Shown: positions 26,553 to 40,839, counted from the first letter of the stretch. The stretch: 64,000 nt of DNA from the human T2T-CHM13v2.0 reference genome, Homo sapiens (GCF_009914755.1 NC_060939.1), one strand, 5' to 3'. A program made the numbers and translations. The notes: generated by a model from the sequence alone, not told the origin.

Positions 26553-28777
26553 TCAGTTAGGTAAAATATTAACATGATTAATCTTAAAAAAATCTACAGA
26601 TGGACAGGATTTTATATGCTTATATGGATTATATCTTTCAAAAAGTAAACAGAGGGAGAATAGCTCATTCAATAGGACATGGCTTTTGGTCACCTGAGGA
26701 GCAGTTCTTCCTGTACCCCTAAAGTCAAGTAGACAACTTAGGTTATTATTAGGATAATTCAGATCAAACATATTTAGATCATTTGGCTTTTGTTGATTTT
26801 TGTGGATTTGGAATTTCTGGCTGATTAGATTTATTTGCTTAATGAAAGTCGGTGTAATAACTTGTCTTAGGGTTCTCAGGGCCTAGGGAGGGTGATTATT
26901 AACCAAATACACAAGCTGGAGATGGAAATATAGTCAGGTCCCAGCTTAGATCTTGAGGGTTGGAATGTCTCTTAGAAACAGCTGCCTGGTTGCATGGCAT
27001 GGTGGCCGCAGGACCTCTCTTCCTTCCTCATTCACTTGACCCTTTGTCGTGCAATTGACTTGTCTCATTCCCACCCATTCCTGTGTCAGCCATCACCCAG
27101 GGTAGGGGGGCATGTGCATAGCAGGATAGGGGGGAAGAAGGAACAGGTAATGAGAAGGTGGCTTTCACTGCTGAGGCTCACTGTTGTGGGCCTCTCAGTT
27201 TTCATCCCTTCTCCTGGAAGTTTCTCAGGTTCCCTTTGGTTTTCCACTCCAGGGCTCTGCCCCTGCCCCAGGCTGAGCTCCTGTGGTACAATACCCAGAA
27301 AAGTTTAAATCTTGGCACTCTCTTCTCTTTGAGAATGCAGAGATTTTTACTTGTCTTAAATCTAGTGAAGGAGGGTAGGGAGGAGAAGAAAGAATGGATT
27401 TGTTATGCATGGTTTTGAGGTAGGCACTGGGCTTCATGCTTTCATATGATATCTCTAAATAAAAATAATCTCTATTTGCACTAGCAATATGAGACAAAGT
27501 AGCTACTATTTATTGAGTGCCTAGCACTGTGCTGGGTTTTGTTGCTTTTCTTTGTGGATGGTAAAACAAAACAGAAGGTCAGAAGGTGACTTGCCTGGGG
27601 TCACACAGCTGGTAAGTGATGTCTGTTTTCCATCTCTTTCTCAGTGGATCTGGTAGAGTAGAGACCTTGCTTGGAAGCTGTAGAGGGTGGCAATGGAGAG
27701 GGCCAATCTCTGGAGTCTAAGGAATTCCAGAAAGAAGGTGATCGGGATTGTCTGCCTGTTTGTGTGAGGATTTGCAGTGACAGTGCGAGGAGGCAGCTAT
27801 ATCTCCTCCACTTTTCGCCCCCTGTGGAACCTGTTTTTGACCCTCACATTCTCTTGACTTCTGTCTCATTCCCTATCCTGGGAGCCAGTGTTTTGGAGCT
27901 GGGGGAGGTGAATTTCCAGTCCCATGAGTTGGCAAGTGGGGAAGGGAGTTCCAATCTCACTGCTTCTGAGGACACTATGTTTCTTGGAACACAGTGGAAC
28001 CCTGACTCAATTTTCCCAGGGCACCCTCCATAGATGTGGTTATTACCGGACTCTCCAGCACTCAGTGTCTGATTTCTGCTCTGTTGGCTTGCACCACGGG
28101 GGGTGTTCACACCCCACCTGGGTGTTTGCTTGTACCCTGTTGACTTCATTTGCTATAAATGCAACCTGGATCATGTGAATCCTGAAACATTTCTTACTTT
28201 GGTTCCTTTCAATGGCAGAGCTAGATTAACCCAATCTACATGGGGGTGGTGTAGAAAGAGTTACCATCTAACCTGACTCATGTCTGATCATTTCCTGAGT
28301 TTGTGAAGCACAACTGATTGCATAGCAATTCTCACCTGTGACTTGGTGCTGCATCAGACTGGGGCTTCTAACATGTTAGAATGACAGGTTGATAGAAGCT
28401 GTGTAGGCTGGAAAGCGCTTTGTCCTGCTCTCACGCTTTCCTCTGTGGTATGTCGGAGCTTAGAAATGGGGAGGAGGTAAGACAACCTGCAGAGACACAC
28501 AGCCCTGCTAACTATCCCTTCTTGCCCTCCTCTTCCCTTGTGGCACAGATTTTGGGATAATGGAAGGATGGGGGCCTGAACAGTGGAGTGTATGACATGG
28601 TTTCTGAATGCTGGGGCACTTGTATTATCTGGCCCTTATGCATTTCCATATATTGGTTTCTCTTGGTTGTAGTTTAGAGAAATTTATCACCAGACTCTTG
28701 GAGGCTTCTCTAGCACTCCCTGGGGGCAGCCACTCTTCCAAGTGACTCCTACCCTCTTTCGTTGGTGGGTTCCTGTG

Positions 28778-28951
28778 CTGGTGCTAGGAACTGGGTGAGG
28801 GTGAGGCAAGCAAGATAACAAGCGTGCAAAATTCAAGGGTGTACGCACTTCCAGGGACGTGCAAGTATAGAGTCGGCACTTGCTTGACCCAGAGAATGTG
28901 TTCTTTCTTAAATTTTGTATCCTTACTTGCCTCACCATAGGCCCAGCTTTG
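28778..28951. mobile_element. MER96-like palindromic hAT MITE
   Basis: gggtgaggcaagc...caaaattcaagg...gtgcaagt..acttgc...ttaaattttg...ttgcctcacc self-complementary layout. Confidence 0.75.
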
Positions 28952-29629
28952 CTGGGAACTTATAAATCATAGAAATGACCCTCTGAAAAGGCACACATTT
29001 CATTGAGACAGGGAGAGGGACCATAGAACTTTACGCCTTTGACAAAGCTGGCCTGTTTCTCTTGTCATTGGCATGGAAAATAAACTGTAATCATCTGTCT
29101 CTGGTCTGATTTGAACATATTAGTTTTCCTGAGGGACATGTCAGCAGGTATAACCCACATGCCAGGGACTGGGGAGATAGCAGCAACGATGCTAATTTGA
29201 AAATACTTCTGTGGCACTTAGCAGGGTGTGATTTTAATTCATTTTTTGTCCCTTGATAATCATAAAGTGCTTTCAGCCTGTGAATATCCATTTTTGACCA
29301 GCATGCTCATACTTCATCTGGGGACCGCATTTAATGGCTGTGTTGATGATGGGGTTCACAGGGGAATTGTGTAAAGTACAGATATTTGCTTTGTGGAGAG
29401 AAACACAACTGATACTAACTCACATGGCTATTCTGTAGAGTGAGTTGTAGATCTGACTGCTTGCCTCTATGTGAATGTTGTTTGTGCACACAGAGAGCTA
29501 ATATTTGCATAGCACTTTAGGTTTGTCCCAGGTTTTATTAACATTGTATCATTTAGTTCTTGAAATAATCCTGTTAAATTCATTGAAGCTGCTTAATATA
29601 ATGGGAAGTACCTAAGCAATGCCATAATG

Positions 29630-29830
29630 TTTGAATTCTGCCTTTCCTGTTTAACTGGCTGTGTGACCTTGAATAAGTTACTCTATGGCTGAGCCTCAGT
29701 TTCCTCAACTGTAAAATGAAGATAATGATGCCCACCCTATAGGACTGTTTGGAGGATTAAGTGAGTATACACAGTGCCTGAGTGCCTGGCACAGGATACG
29801 GTACACAGTGGGAACTCAATAGGTGTTGTT
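29630..29830 (+). mobile_element. MIR SINE
   Basis: ggctgtgtgaccttgaataagttact...gagcctcagtttcctcaactgtaaaatgaagataat. Confidence 0.85.
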
Positions 29831-30654
29831 TCTTTCCTTCCCCTGGCCCAAATTGGGGTTCATGCTCTTTTCACTACAGCCCTGCTGTCCTGTCTTGACA
29901 GCACTGCAGATGCGTCAGCTCTGTGACAGTGTTGGTGGATGGAGTCACAGAGGGAGAAAACTGGCCATCTCTGAGTGTTGAGGGGCTGATTGTTCTCCTG
30001 CAAGCCCGGGTATGGCAAGATGGCCCCTCTCAACTAGACACAAGCTCATCTTGCCAATAACGCAGGGTAAAGGGTGTTACCTGAGATTCTTAGATTGAGG
30101 TCCAGAGGGCTTGGGAGGAGAAGTTGGCCAGGCCAGGGCACTCCCCTGAGTTGTACCCTTGGGCACTCTCCCTCCTTCCATCTAGCTAGTGCCTGTGTCA
30201 GGCCCACCTAGAGGAGAGACAGATTGGGGTCTTATCGTTTCCTGCAGCCCCCTCATAATTCCTTGTGGTTCATCTCTCTGAGTGGACAGTCTCTATTTTT
30301 CTTTCTTCTCCCCCCACCTGTTTCTATCCATCTTCCTGCTTGCTACCTGGTATTAGGGAACTTCCAGCTACTTCCTGAGAGTCTAGGGACTTTGCACTGG
30401 TGGTTTGCCACCTACCAGAATTTATAGGAATATGAAGCTAGCTCTATGTTTCTCTTGTCTCATTGCCTCATTTGGGGCTGAGTTAGCAAATTGACAGCTG
30501 TCCAGAAAAGACACTGGAGATTCTATTCTTCAGGCCAAAGGAATGTCAAACAGTCAGAACCCTCAGCTCTGTCTCAGGACAATAAGTGTTGATTGCTTAG
30601 ATTGAAAGAGCTTTTCTCATGCCTTAAGCAGACCAGTCCTGGCTCTGGGACGAT

Positions 30655-30830
30655 TGGGCTTGGAGTCAGAGGATTGGAGTGTCTATCTTGGCTCTGCCAT
30701 TTGCTAGCTTGGAACAGCCAGTTATCCTATTGAAGTCTCAGTTTTCCTGTTATGTAAAATGGGAAGGTTAACAACAGCCCAACAAGATTTTTTATGTATA
30801 AAGAAAACAAGTAGATGAAAAGGCTTTAGC
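30655..30830 (+). mobile_element. MIR SINE
   Basis: gggcttggagtcaga...ggctctgccatttgctagct...tctcagttttcc...gtaaaatggg. Confidence 0.7.
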
Positions 30831-31820
30831 ATGGTAGCAGCAGAAGATATAATTATTATGGGCCATTGCCAGCTCCCTCAATCATCTTCATGCTTAAAGG
30901 GTGAATTTCAGTCAGATTACTTCCGGTCCACATTTTCCTGGATGCGGAAGTTCTTTCCTGTCTCCAGGAATTCTGATGGAATACGTAGGATCATCTATTA
31001 CATTCAGCAGGAGAGTGAAAATCTGACCACGGCCACATATGTGCTTCTTACCTCTGCGGGCTGTGCCCTAAGCCAAGGCTCATATCGGGGGCTGGCCATG
31101 GGAGCCTGCCTGGAAGTGTGAACATGGCATTCTCTTGGGCTTGCAGGGTCTCTGCAATGGGGGCTGCAGAATGTGGGGCTGGAGTGGATGGACAGACTGT
31201 TAGCATAACGAGTTCAGAGAGACATTATGGGTAGTGACAATACCACTGTGAGTCTGGATTTATTCGCTGTAGGTCTGCAGCCCCACCAGCTGCCACTGAG
31301 AACCTACTAGGCAGGGCTCTGAAAGGTTTTTATTAATGAATTTGTCCAATGACTGAAGAGCTGCAGGTCATGCTATTCAAAGTGTATTGCTCCAAACTGG
31401 TAAAAGCCTAGCTGTCATGGGCAGAGAATCCAGTCAGACCTCTTCTCTCTTCTATGACATCACCTCACTCTTTCCTTCTTATCCTCTCCACTCATGCCAT
31501 CATCCTCTGGAACTCTCTTCTCCCTCTCTAATGACTGCAGCTGCTCATGGCACCTCGGGGGAGGACATAGGAAGTAGCCTTCTTTGCTGCCAAATCCAAC
31601 CTCTGGGTTATTTATTATTTCAGAAGATACCTTGCTATTAAAGCACTAAGGCTCATGTTTTCCCTTTTCCTTAAGGAACAAATTCCATCACAGTCAAGGC
31701 CACACAATTAGGTGTACAGAAGCAGAGCCAACGCCTGATAAGACGGACCCTTCATTTAGTGAGAGTTCTGACAGCTGCCCGTGATTGCTTCTGCAGCAGC
31801 CAGTGCAGCAGTCTGATTTG

Positions 31821-31930
31821 TCTCTCTCCCTTCCTTTCCCTCCCTCCCTCCCTCCTCCCCTCCCCTTCCTCCATCTCTCTATTTCTCTCTCTCCTTCCCT
31901 CAATCCCTCCCTCCGTCTTTTTTCCTACCA
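31821..31930. repeat. CT-rich low-complexity tract ((CCCT)n/(CT)n)
   Basis: ~110 nt that are almost entirely pyrimidine on the + strand. Confidence 0.9.
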
Positions 31931-34689
31931 GCAGACATCTCTTTTAAGCATTGGAGACAACATTTTTGGAAAAATCTAAATAAATAGCAAGAGGGGATGT
32001 CCTTTTCCTTCTGTAAACATAAAATGATTTAAATAAGGGTCTTTTAAGAAGATGAAATGATAAAATAATGCAGTTTTATCCATTATATTACATCTTAAAC
32101 TGCGCTTGGCGAAAACTACTAGAGTATTTGGAGAAGAAGTCACGATTTTCCTCCATAGTATTAAGTACAATCTTCAGAATACAGGGGTTATTCGTCTTTT
32201 TTTTTTTTTTTTTTTTTTTTCATTTTTTTCCCCTCAAGAGTGTTACAGTGCTTATAGCATGGCTAAAACAGCAAAGAACTCTCTGGCTTCCTCTCCCAGG
32301 GGGCTGTTTCTAGACCCCACCTTGACCTCTACGTGATTTCCATGGCTGCTCTGAGGCCTTAATGACTGGTCATCCAGGAAAGGGTCAATCAAGTCTCATG
32401 CTGTTGTGGGGGTAAAAGGACAAGCTGGGAAGCCATTTGTATCATTTTACAGAGAAAAGGGTTAAAGATGGCAAAGTATGAGGGCTTTTTAAAGACAGCT
32501 CCAGGGAACATTAGGACATTAGGGCCTATAAGTATCTGGCCTGGCCAATGACTTGAAACCTCACTAGATACCATCCCTTGTCTCACGACAAAGCCCCGTC
32601 TGCAAGCACCCCGTTTAAAGTCATTATCCTGGGCCTTGTATTTTTCATCCACCCTTGCTCTTTGTGTCACCCTATTCCTACGCTTATGCAGCTCCTGACC
32701 TTTTCTTAGCTTTCCTTTGCATTTGTGTACCAGTCGATGGATACGGCTTCCCTGGTTTTGACCTTTGGCCCTGCTAGAACTGGGCTTGTCCTCTGGGTCT
32801 GCCTCTTGCCGGCGTTTCTAATCACAAGTGGGTCCAAGACTCTGTTAGTGTCTGTCCAGTCTGCCCTGATTTCCCTGACAGGCAGGCTGAACAGTAGTGC
32901 CTCCTTCTACTTTGTGTTTATATGTGTGTGTGTGTTTGTGTGTGGTGACAGGTGACCTGCTCATATGAAAGTCTTCAGGGGGTATTTCAACAGTGAACAA
33001 TATTAGCCTGGGTGACTGCTCTTCCATATTCCAGTTCACCTTCTATTTGTGTTGTGTTTAAGCCATGCACAACACATGGGATGTGTAACTTCTAGCTCTG
33101 CCAGTATCATTTTGTCTGGCCATAGTTGCTAGGTGAGATCTAGCTACTCCGACATCAAACTCAACCCAAATCACAGTCTCCTTGAATTTTGTGCCTTCCT
33201 CTTAGGATTTCTGCAAGGGGCTCTTGATTAATCAGCGAGGTGTTTGTAAAGCTGAGATCTCTCATTGCAGACGTGACAAGCCATAATTCCTAATAACGGA
33301 GCTACCTTTCTCCAGTTGTCTCATCCTGAGTGAAGGGGCTCTGTTGTGATTTATTGCCTTGCTGCAAAAGCTTTGATAAGTGGCCACCAAATGGCTCCTC
33401 ATTACTCAAAACTCCTCCAATTCTTTAAACTAAAGTCCTATCCAAACCTCACACAAACCACTTGTGTTGTGGGGGAAATGAATCAGGGACCTTCTCACTA
33501 AACTATTTTGGCATAAAAAAAATCATAAACGAGAGAGGAGAAAATCTTGTTTGCTAAAGGGCTGCTGGGTGAACTGCCTCTTGGCCTTTCGATAGCATCT
33601 TTGAAATGGAAATGGCCAGCTGCCTGACCTTCTGTTCAGTGACCCTTTTTGTACAAAGTCAAATTGCAGCCGCCTCACAGCAGCAATTCACCTATGGACA
33701 CAAACAGGATTTCCATTTTTTTCTAACCTTTTTTTTTTCCTGGTGCATTTGTTACCGTGAACATTTTTTTACTAGTTACATAAAAGACATCATGCTTAAA
33801 AAAAGAGACCCTTTACATCAAAAGGATTGTAACTCATAATGATTTCAAAATACTAGGGAAGTGTCTGTCTTTAATTCTGCACTCTATCCTATTTTAAAAA
33901 TGTATTGTAATGTGAAAAGGCCTGAGAAAAGACGATATTCTTGAACAGAGTATGGGGTTGTTAATGTCCCTACTCTCTTCTTGATTGGTTGAGGGGAAAA
34001 AAGTCTTGATTGTATTAAGAAGGGGGAAATAATCCCCACCTTACTGTGAACAAAAAGAGAAAAAGAAAGGCAAGTTCTGTTTATACGATTATGGTGAATC
34101 CCAGTTAATACATAAATACCTTTATGTTCTCTCTGTGGAGCAATTCTAAATTGGAATTAGGAATCTGTTCTAAAAAGGAATTAGAACCTGGCTATACTGC
34201 CCTTTCGGACCCTGTTGAAGCTTTTGACACCCCTCCCCACCCCCACCATCCTCCTGCTGGTCCCTCTTCCTTCTCTTTCTGCTCTGATCGGGCAGGGCAG
34301 AACATCTTACTGAAGGCCGAGCATCAACACATTGTTTGGCTTGGAGAGTGCTCAGGATGCGTGCCCTACAGACTCTGCTAGGTGTTCAGGTGCTGCTCTC
34401 CTTCTGATGCTGCTGCTTTGCTGGGGCTGCAGGCCAGTGTGGAGAGAGAGGCCTGCCTCCCACCCCATAGCTCACACCCCACACGTGGGTGCCTGTTCTT
34501 CACGGGATGGATGGGATTGGGCAGATGCTCACTCAGTGGCAAAGGGAAAACGACTCTTTCCTTGCCAAAGAAGCTAGAGACATGGCTCATTAAGTTTTCA
34601 TGGTAATGGATATTGAGATTCTGATTCACAGAATAACCCTGCAAGGCTGCATGCAGAGAGTGAAAGGGGCAGATTCTGGGGATGGGCAA

Positions 34690-34890
34690 TCTTAAATTTG
34701 GATCCTGGCTTGGCCACTTCCTAGTAAGCTGTATGACTGTGGATACATTATTTAATGTCTTGAAGCCTCCTTCTCGTCGTGAGTAAACTGAAGGCTAATA
34801 CTGTCTCCTGGGGCTGATGTGAAGATGAGATGAAATGATGTATGGGAAATTGCTCAGCCCAGAGCTTGGTGCATAGTCAGCACTCAGCGA
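34690..34890 (+). mobile_element. MIR SINE
   Basis: ggatcctggcttggccacttcctag...gtgaagatgagatgaaatgatgtatg...gcttggtgcatagtcagcactca. Confidence 0.7.
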
Positions 34891-37129
34891 ACATTTCTTC
34901 TTTCTCCTTCCCACTTCACAGGTGAGGAAATGAAGGAAATGGCCAGATTGGGATTTGATCCAAGATTTTCTTTTCTTTTTTTTTTTTCAGACTCCAAGTT
35001 CATGGTCTCACAGATTCTCCCTGTGTAAATGGGGATCCAATGATGTTAGTTAGTTACTCCTTATGAAATTTTCATCAAGACTTTAGTTTCAAAGAAGTGC
35101 CTTCTGATTTGTTACTGGCTAAAATCAAACAAATAATGATTATAAACATGCAGACAAAAGGAAAAAGTGAAAAAATTCTGTTCTATCACCTGCTTCTTGT
35201 GGGGACCATTTCTCTACTGTACTGGGTTCACACCCTATCAAAAAATAATTTAAAAAACCCTGGAACAAATTAAAGAACACTGAAAAATATTCCTTCTTTT
35301 CTACTAATCCTTAAGCCTATCACTTTAATCCAACACTTGATCATTTACAAATAGCAATATGCTAGTTGGATATCTAGTCTTATTGAATTCAAACCTGTTT
35401 TCATGAGTCACAATCAAAGCATATGTGATCATTTAAATTCTTTTACTAATAACGTATCATAAAAATTTTTTTTACATTGCTGTCTAGGCCTCATAATTTT
35501 AATTTTCATGGCTGTGAAATGTCACATTCATTTTTTGTTATCAAACTTACCCATTTTGGCCTTAAATTTGTGTAGGCAATGCAAGCCTAAGGAGAAGTTT
35601 AAGAATGCTTGTGTGGTGTGGTGAACACTCCAATTTGCCTTTAGTCATAACTTAAATGATAGTATATAAGTAATCCAGTGTCCCATGTAGGGGGCTGAAG
35701 AAACAAAGAATATGAAGTTTGTGCAAAACACAAACTAGAGCAGCAAGTTTAAGCTTTGGGAAGCCCCACTTAATCTTTTCCTTTGCTCTTATTTTTTATT
35801 CAGTTTCTTTTTTTAGCTGACTCCAGGCAGAATAGCAATAAAGACTCCTTGCCTACTGTAGTTCATCAGAGGTACCTAGTGTCACAAATTCTGTTTTCAT
35901 CCTTATAACCCGATATCAAAGGGGCTCAAATACATTGGGCTGTTCCTGATAGAGATCTGAACTTCCAGAGGCCTCTCTGAACTAAATCTATGACCCTCGT
36001 GTGACAGGGCCATTGTTACTTGTGGAACACAATCTTTCTGATCCTATGTGAGGGAGCATGTTCCTTGCAGAAAGCAGGTAGGAGTCAAACCTTTTGTGTG
36101 CTCTTGCCCTCCATGAAAATCAAATCCTTGTGGCTACTTGAGCTTCTAAACTTCAGGCTTCATGAAGACAAATCACTTGATGAAAGTGAATTCTTATGCG
36201 GATCTTTGGAAAGTATCTTTAGAAAGCTGGAAAAAGTTTTCGAATTCCTACAAATATGATTTAATTTTCTAAACTTTATATTTCACTTGCACAGTCAAGT
36301 CCTTTGTCCAGTCCTTGGACTAACTAAGGTCCGAATTTATACCAACTTTCTCTTTGGCCTTGCGCCTGGCAGCAGGTACTGTGTGTTTGTTGAATGAGTG
36401 TGTGTTTGTTGAATGAATGAATGAAACCTGAAGTCTGAACAGAGGTTAAACTCATGGGTTTGCTAATAACACTTCCATTTACTTTCCATGAGTGATTGTA
36501 GATTTTAAAAATGTTGAAAAATGCAAGTGCTAAGAAGTTTTGGGAGTGTATAGATTTAGGTCCTTGTCTTGCAACTAACTCCCATTGTAAACTTGGACAA
36601 GTCATTTCACTTCTAAGGGCCTCAACTTTTGTATCTGTAAAATGAGGCCCGCAAAGTGTTAGTGGGTAGGGTGATTATCCAGGTGTCCTTTATCCGAGGT
36701 TAGCACCTTGTCTTTCTAGCTTGCTGCATCCCAGTATATCTCCACATGGCCAGAGAGCAGCGTTCTCTTAGGCCTAGCCTTCTGCGATTCAAGGACCAAT
36801 TACTTAGCATCCAGACTCTGTGCAAAAGTAGCAAGAACAAGTGTTCTCAGTGTAGGCATTTGGGTAGATGTCAGCACTGCTGTGGATTTTATGTGTTTAA
36901 GCTGGACTCAGAAGATCCGCTGGAATTCTCTTCTCTTGGTGATCTCAGGGAGGGGGGCTTTTGGGAGTATACGTCGGTTCAAGCATTGGTTAAATATGCA
37001 AGCATGACTGATTTTGGACTTCATTATTTCATATTTAGTTTTCATTCTTGCTATTGTATATTTAACTGACTAACCCTTTTACTTGGATCTACAGATTTTC
37101 CCCCACAGAAAAACAAAATAAAAAGTATG

Positions 37130-37760
37130 TGGTCTTCTTTGGTGTTTATTGTCTTAGCAAATGCTACCACTATTCACCCAGAAGGCTACGCCAAAACTCC
37201 AGGAGTCATCTTTGACCTTACCCTAAATTCATCACCAAGTCCTCCTCAGTGTAGCCTTTTATATATTTCTGATTTCCCTCTGCTTCTCTCAGGCTCCAAA
37301 GTTGCCTCACTAGTCTGAGTCACCATGACTTTTTCCCTAAGCACTATAGTAGCTTCCTAACTGGTCCTCTCCTCTCCACCCTTGTCCTTACTGGTCACTG
37401 ATACATTTTTGCCATAGGAGATTCAGTTGACGTGTCTTCCAGTTTGGAAATTAATCACATCAACCCATCCTGCTTGATCCTTTGTATGGTCAACCATGGC
37501 ATTTTGGACAATGACCACAATTCTTAACATCTTCTAAAAGCCTTAAGTGGTGTGGCCCTTGCCTGTCAACACTGTGAGCTCCATGCTTGGTCCTCACGGA
37601 TCTTCTCTGACGCTCATCTTTTCTTCTTGAGGAGAGAGAGCACTCCCATCTTTGCCCATGTCTCAGCCCAAGTTCTCTCTCTTCAGGGAAGCCTTGCCTG
37701 ATTCCCCTCAATCTAAATATGTCCCCATGACCTAAGCTTTCATAGGCACATGGGCTTTTC
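37130..37760 (+). mobile_element. L2 LINE fragment
   Basis: aactccaggagtcatctttgac...gcttcctaactggtc...cttcagggaagccttgcctga. Confidence 0.6.
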
Positions 37761-38266
37761 TTCTGAAGAACAGAAGATGAAGAAACTGAGACTTAGAGGA
37801 TTTAGTTAATGTGTCCAAAGTTAAACAGCTAATAAACAGTGAACCTGAGATCCAAGGTCCCAAGACCAATAATGACAGATCCAGGATTCAGAACTGTATT
37901 TGATTCTAAACTCTCTGCGGCTGACTACTATGCCAGAGATGGGAAATAGGTTTTTACCTCACATGGTAATTTTGATGAGCAGTGCTGCCTATAGTGACAT
38001 GATGAAAAGGATTTCTGAGGTTGCATCCTTGCTCAGTGGAAAAGTATACCATGTTTAATTAGTGATGCCTGTCGCAGGTGAAGGACTGGAGAAGGAAGGT
38101 AGACCAGGCAGGTAATTGGCCCATGCAAATGCTATAATGCACAATGTTATAGTGCCCATTTGATTAAAAAAATCAAGAACAGAACCTCCTTATAGGTCAG
38201 AAGCATGAGGAGCAGAACCCAGGACCCCTTAAGAAGGGATGGAGAGCCTGACCATTGGGCTCTTGA

Positions 38267-38652
<386 letters not shown>

Positions 38653-39489
38653 TGAAGAAAGCTTTGATCGACATGTCAATGTGTACTCTTGTAGCAGGAA
38701 GCCAGGACTGGCAGAAGCAGATGGTAGAGATAGGAGTTCAGTCCAAACTTTCTCAAGTTCACACCCCCATGATGCCTTTTAACATAGTATATTGGAAAAC
38801 TCAACTTACTTTCTGCAAAAAGATTCCAGGAAGGTGTGAAGGTGGAGGTTGGTGTGGGGTGAGGATTTTTCTCTCACATGTCAGGATCAGATGTCCAGCT
38901 TCTAGCCATGTTCTGAAGTCCACGTGGCTAACATCTCTTTGAAGATCTGGGGTTTGTCTTATACACCTCTGAAGCTGCCCTGTAGTACCCAACACAGGGC
39001 TTCACCCATTAGTTCATGGTGGTTGAATCCATTTTACTTGTGGAAGGTCCCAACTTTCCCAAGGCAAAAGGCATTGCCTTATTCTCCATCTAATGAGTTC
39101 TTTTCTGTGTCCTTGTCTGGGCACATGGTCTGGCACTGGGTTATTGTGCTGAAGGTTTAAGCAGCTTTCTTGCTACGGCAACATAGAGTTTACTTTCATC
39201 TTGGGCAGGAGAGTGCACCAGGCTTATACAAGCATACCAGCTTACCTCAACTCTCAGAAGGCATATGCAATTGGATCTATTTCCCTTCCTGTGGTCCTTG
39301 TCTCCTGATTTCCAGAAGAAAGGGACAGAGGCTGTAGCATTTCAGTATTCTGGTTTATGGTTCTGGATTCTGGGTTTCTAGTTGAGGATTCTAGCTGGTG
39401 AGTGTTTGAGTTCTTGCCTGTGACTCTTTAAATCCCTTTTGCTTCCACACTGGCATGCTGACTTCTAGTCAATATCCAGGGCAGATATT

Positions 39490-39784
39490 TTGATTCCATT
39501 CCAAATCTGTTTCTCCCTTAGTTTTCCTTTCTTAGTATTATCAGATCAAAAATCTGTTTTTCCTTCAAATTTCCATCAACGTCTAGTCCATCAACAAACC
39601 TGTCAGTTCTACCTTCAAAACATTCTCCAGTTCTGCTCCTGTCTCCCCTACCCCAACCACTGCCATCTCAGTGCTGGATTCCTTGATTTCCTAACTAGAC
39701 TAACAGTAGCTTCCTCACTTATTTCTCTACTTCTACCTTCAACTGTCTCTATTTCACTTTCATACAGCTTCCAGAATGATCTTT
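39490..39784 (+). mobile_element. L2 LINE, left part (continues at 44076)
   Basis: catcaacaaacctgtcagttctaccttcaaaa...cagtagcttcctcact...ccagaatgatcttt. Confidence 0.7.
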
Positions 39785-39804
39785 ATTAAAAAATACTTAA
39801 TTTT

Positions 39805-40832
39805 GCCTTTCTGCACTACTCACAGAGGGGTCAAAATGGCATTGTTCTGGATTCCTGTCGTAACTTAAAGGGAAACTTTCACAATGTCTGGAGCCCTTGA
39901 TGCCCTGCAAATGAAGGAGGAGGATGTCCTTGCAGCAGGAACCAACTTAGGTGGCACCAATCTTGACTTCCAGATGGAATGGTACATCTGTAAAAGGAAA
40001 AGTGATGGCATCCACATCATAAATCTGAAGAGGACCTGGGAGAAGCTTCTGCTGTCAGCTCGTGCCATTGTTGCCATTGAAAACCCTGCTGATGTCAGTG
40101 TCACATCCTCCAGGAATACTGGCCAGAGGGCCATGCTGAAGTTTGTTGCTGCCACAGGAGACACTCCAATTGCTGGCTGCTTCACTCCTGGAACTTTCAC
40201 TAACCAGATCCAGGCAACCTTCTGGGAGCCACGGGTTCTTGTGGTTACTGATCCCAGGGCTGACCACCAGCCTCTCATGGAGGCATCTTATGTTAACCTA
40301 CCTACCATTGCTCTGTGTAACACAGATTCTCCTTTGCGCTATGTGGACATTGCCATCCCATGCAACAACAAGGGAGCTCACTCAGTGGGTTTGATGTGGT
40401 GGATGCTGGCTTGCAAAGTTCTGCACATGTGTGGCACCATTTCCTGTGAACACCTGTGGGAGGTAATGCCTGATCTCTACTTCTACAGAGATCCTGAAGA
40501 GACTGAAAAAGAAAAGCAGGCTGCTGTTGAAAAGGCTGTGACCAAGGAGGAATTTCAGGGTGAATGGACTGCTCTAGCTCCTGAGTTCACTGCTACTCAG
40601 CCTAAGGTTGCAGGCTGGTCTGAAGGAGTGCAGGCACCCTCTGTGCCTATTCAGAGGTTCCCTACGGAAGACTGGAGTGCTCAGCCTGCCACGGAAGACT
40701 GGTCTGCAGCTCCCACTGCTCAGGCCACTGAATGGGTAGGAGCAACCACTGAATGGTCTTAAGCTGTTCTTGCACGGGCTCTTAAGCAACATGGAAATAA
40801 GGTTGATGGAAAATAAACATCAGTTTCTAAAC
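39805..40832 (+). pseudogene. RPSAP: Processed pseudogene (retrocopy) of RPSA (40S ribosomal protein SA / 37-kDa laminin receptor precursor); ORF 39884-40762 open, 292 aa
   Basis: Translation matches RPSA end to end (MSGALD...LMWWML...TEDWS repeats); intronless; RPSA-like 5'UTR; AATAAA at 40812; 16-bp TSD aaaaatacttaatttt at 39789-39804 and 40833-40848; many CpG-decay Arg substitutions. Confidence 0.97.
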
Positions 40833-40839
40833 AAAAATA

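Noticed and set aside
28778-28951. Second palindrome as a novel hairpin
   Set aside because: Explained by a MER96-like MITE
34332-34577. ORF with a hydrophobic LLLMLLLCWG stretch resembling a signal peptide
   Set aside because: Short, non-ATG start, no splice or homology support
36380-36427. 19-bp tandem duplication tgtgtgtttgttgaatga(g/a) plus (TGAA)n
   Set aside because: Ordinary slippage at an L2-type tail
39884-40762. Calling this the functional RPSA gene or a specific numbered RPSAP locus
   Set aside because: Intronless, TSD-flanked and diverged; the locus number cannot be determined from sequence alone
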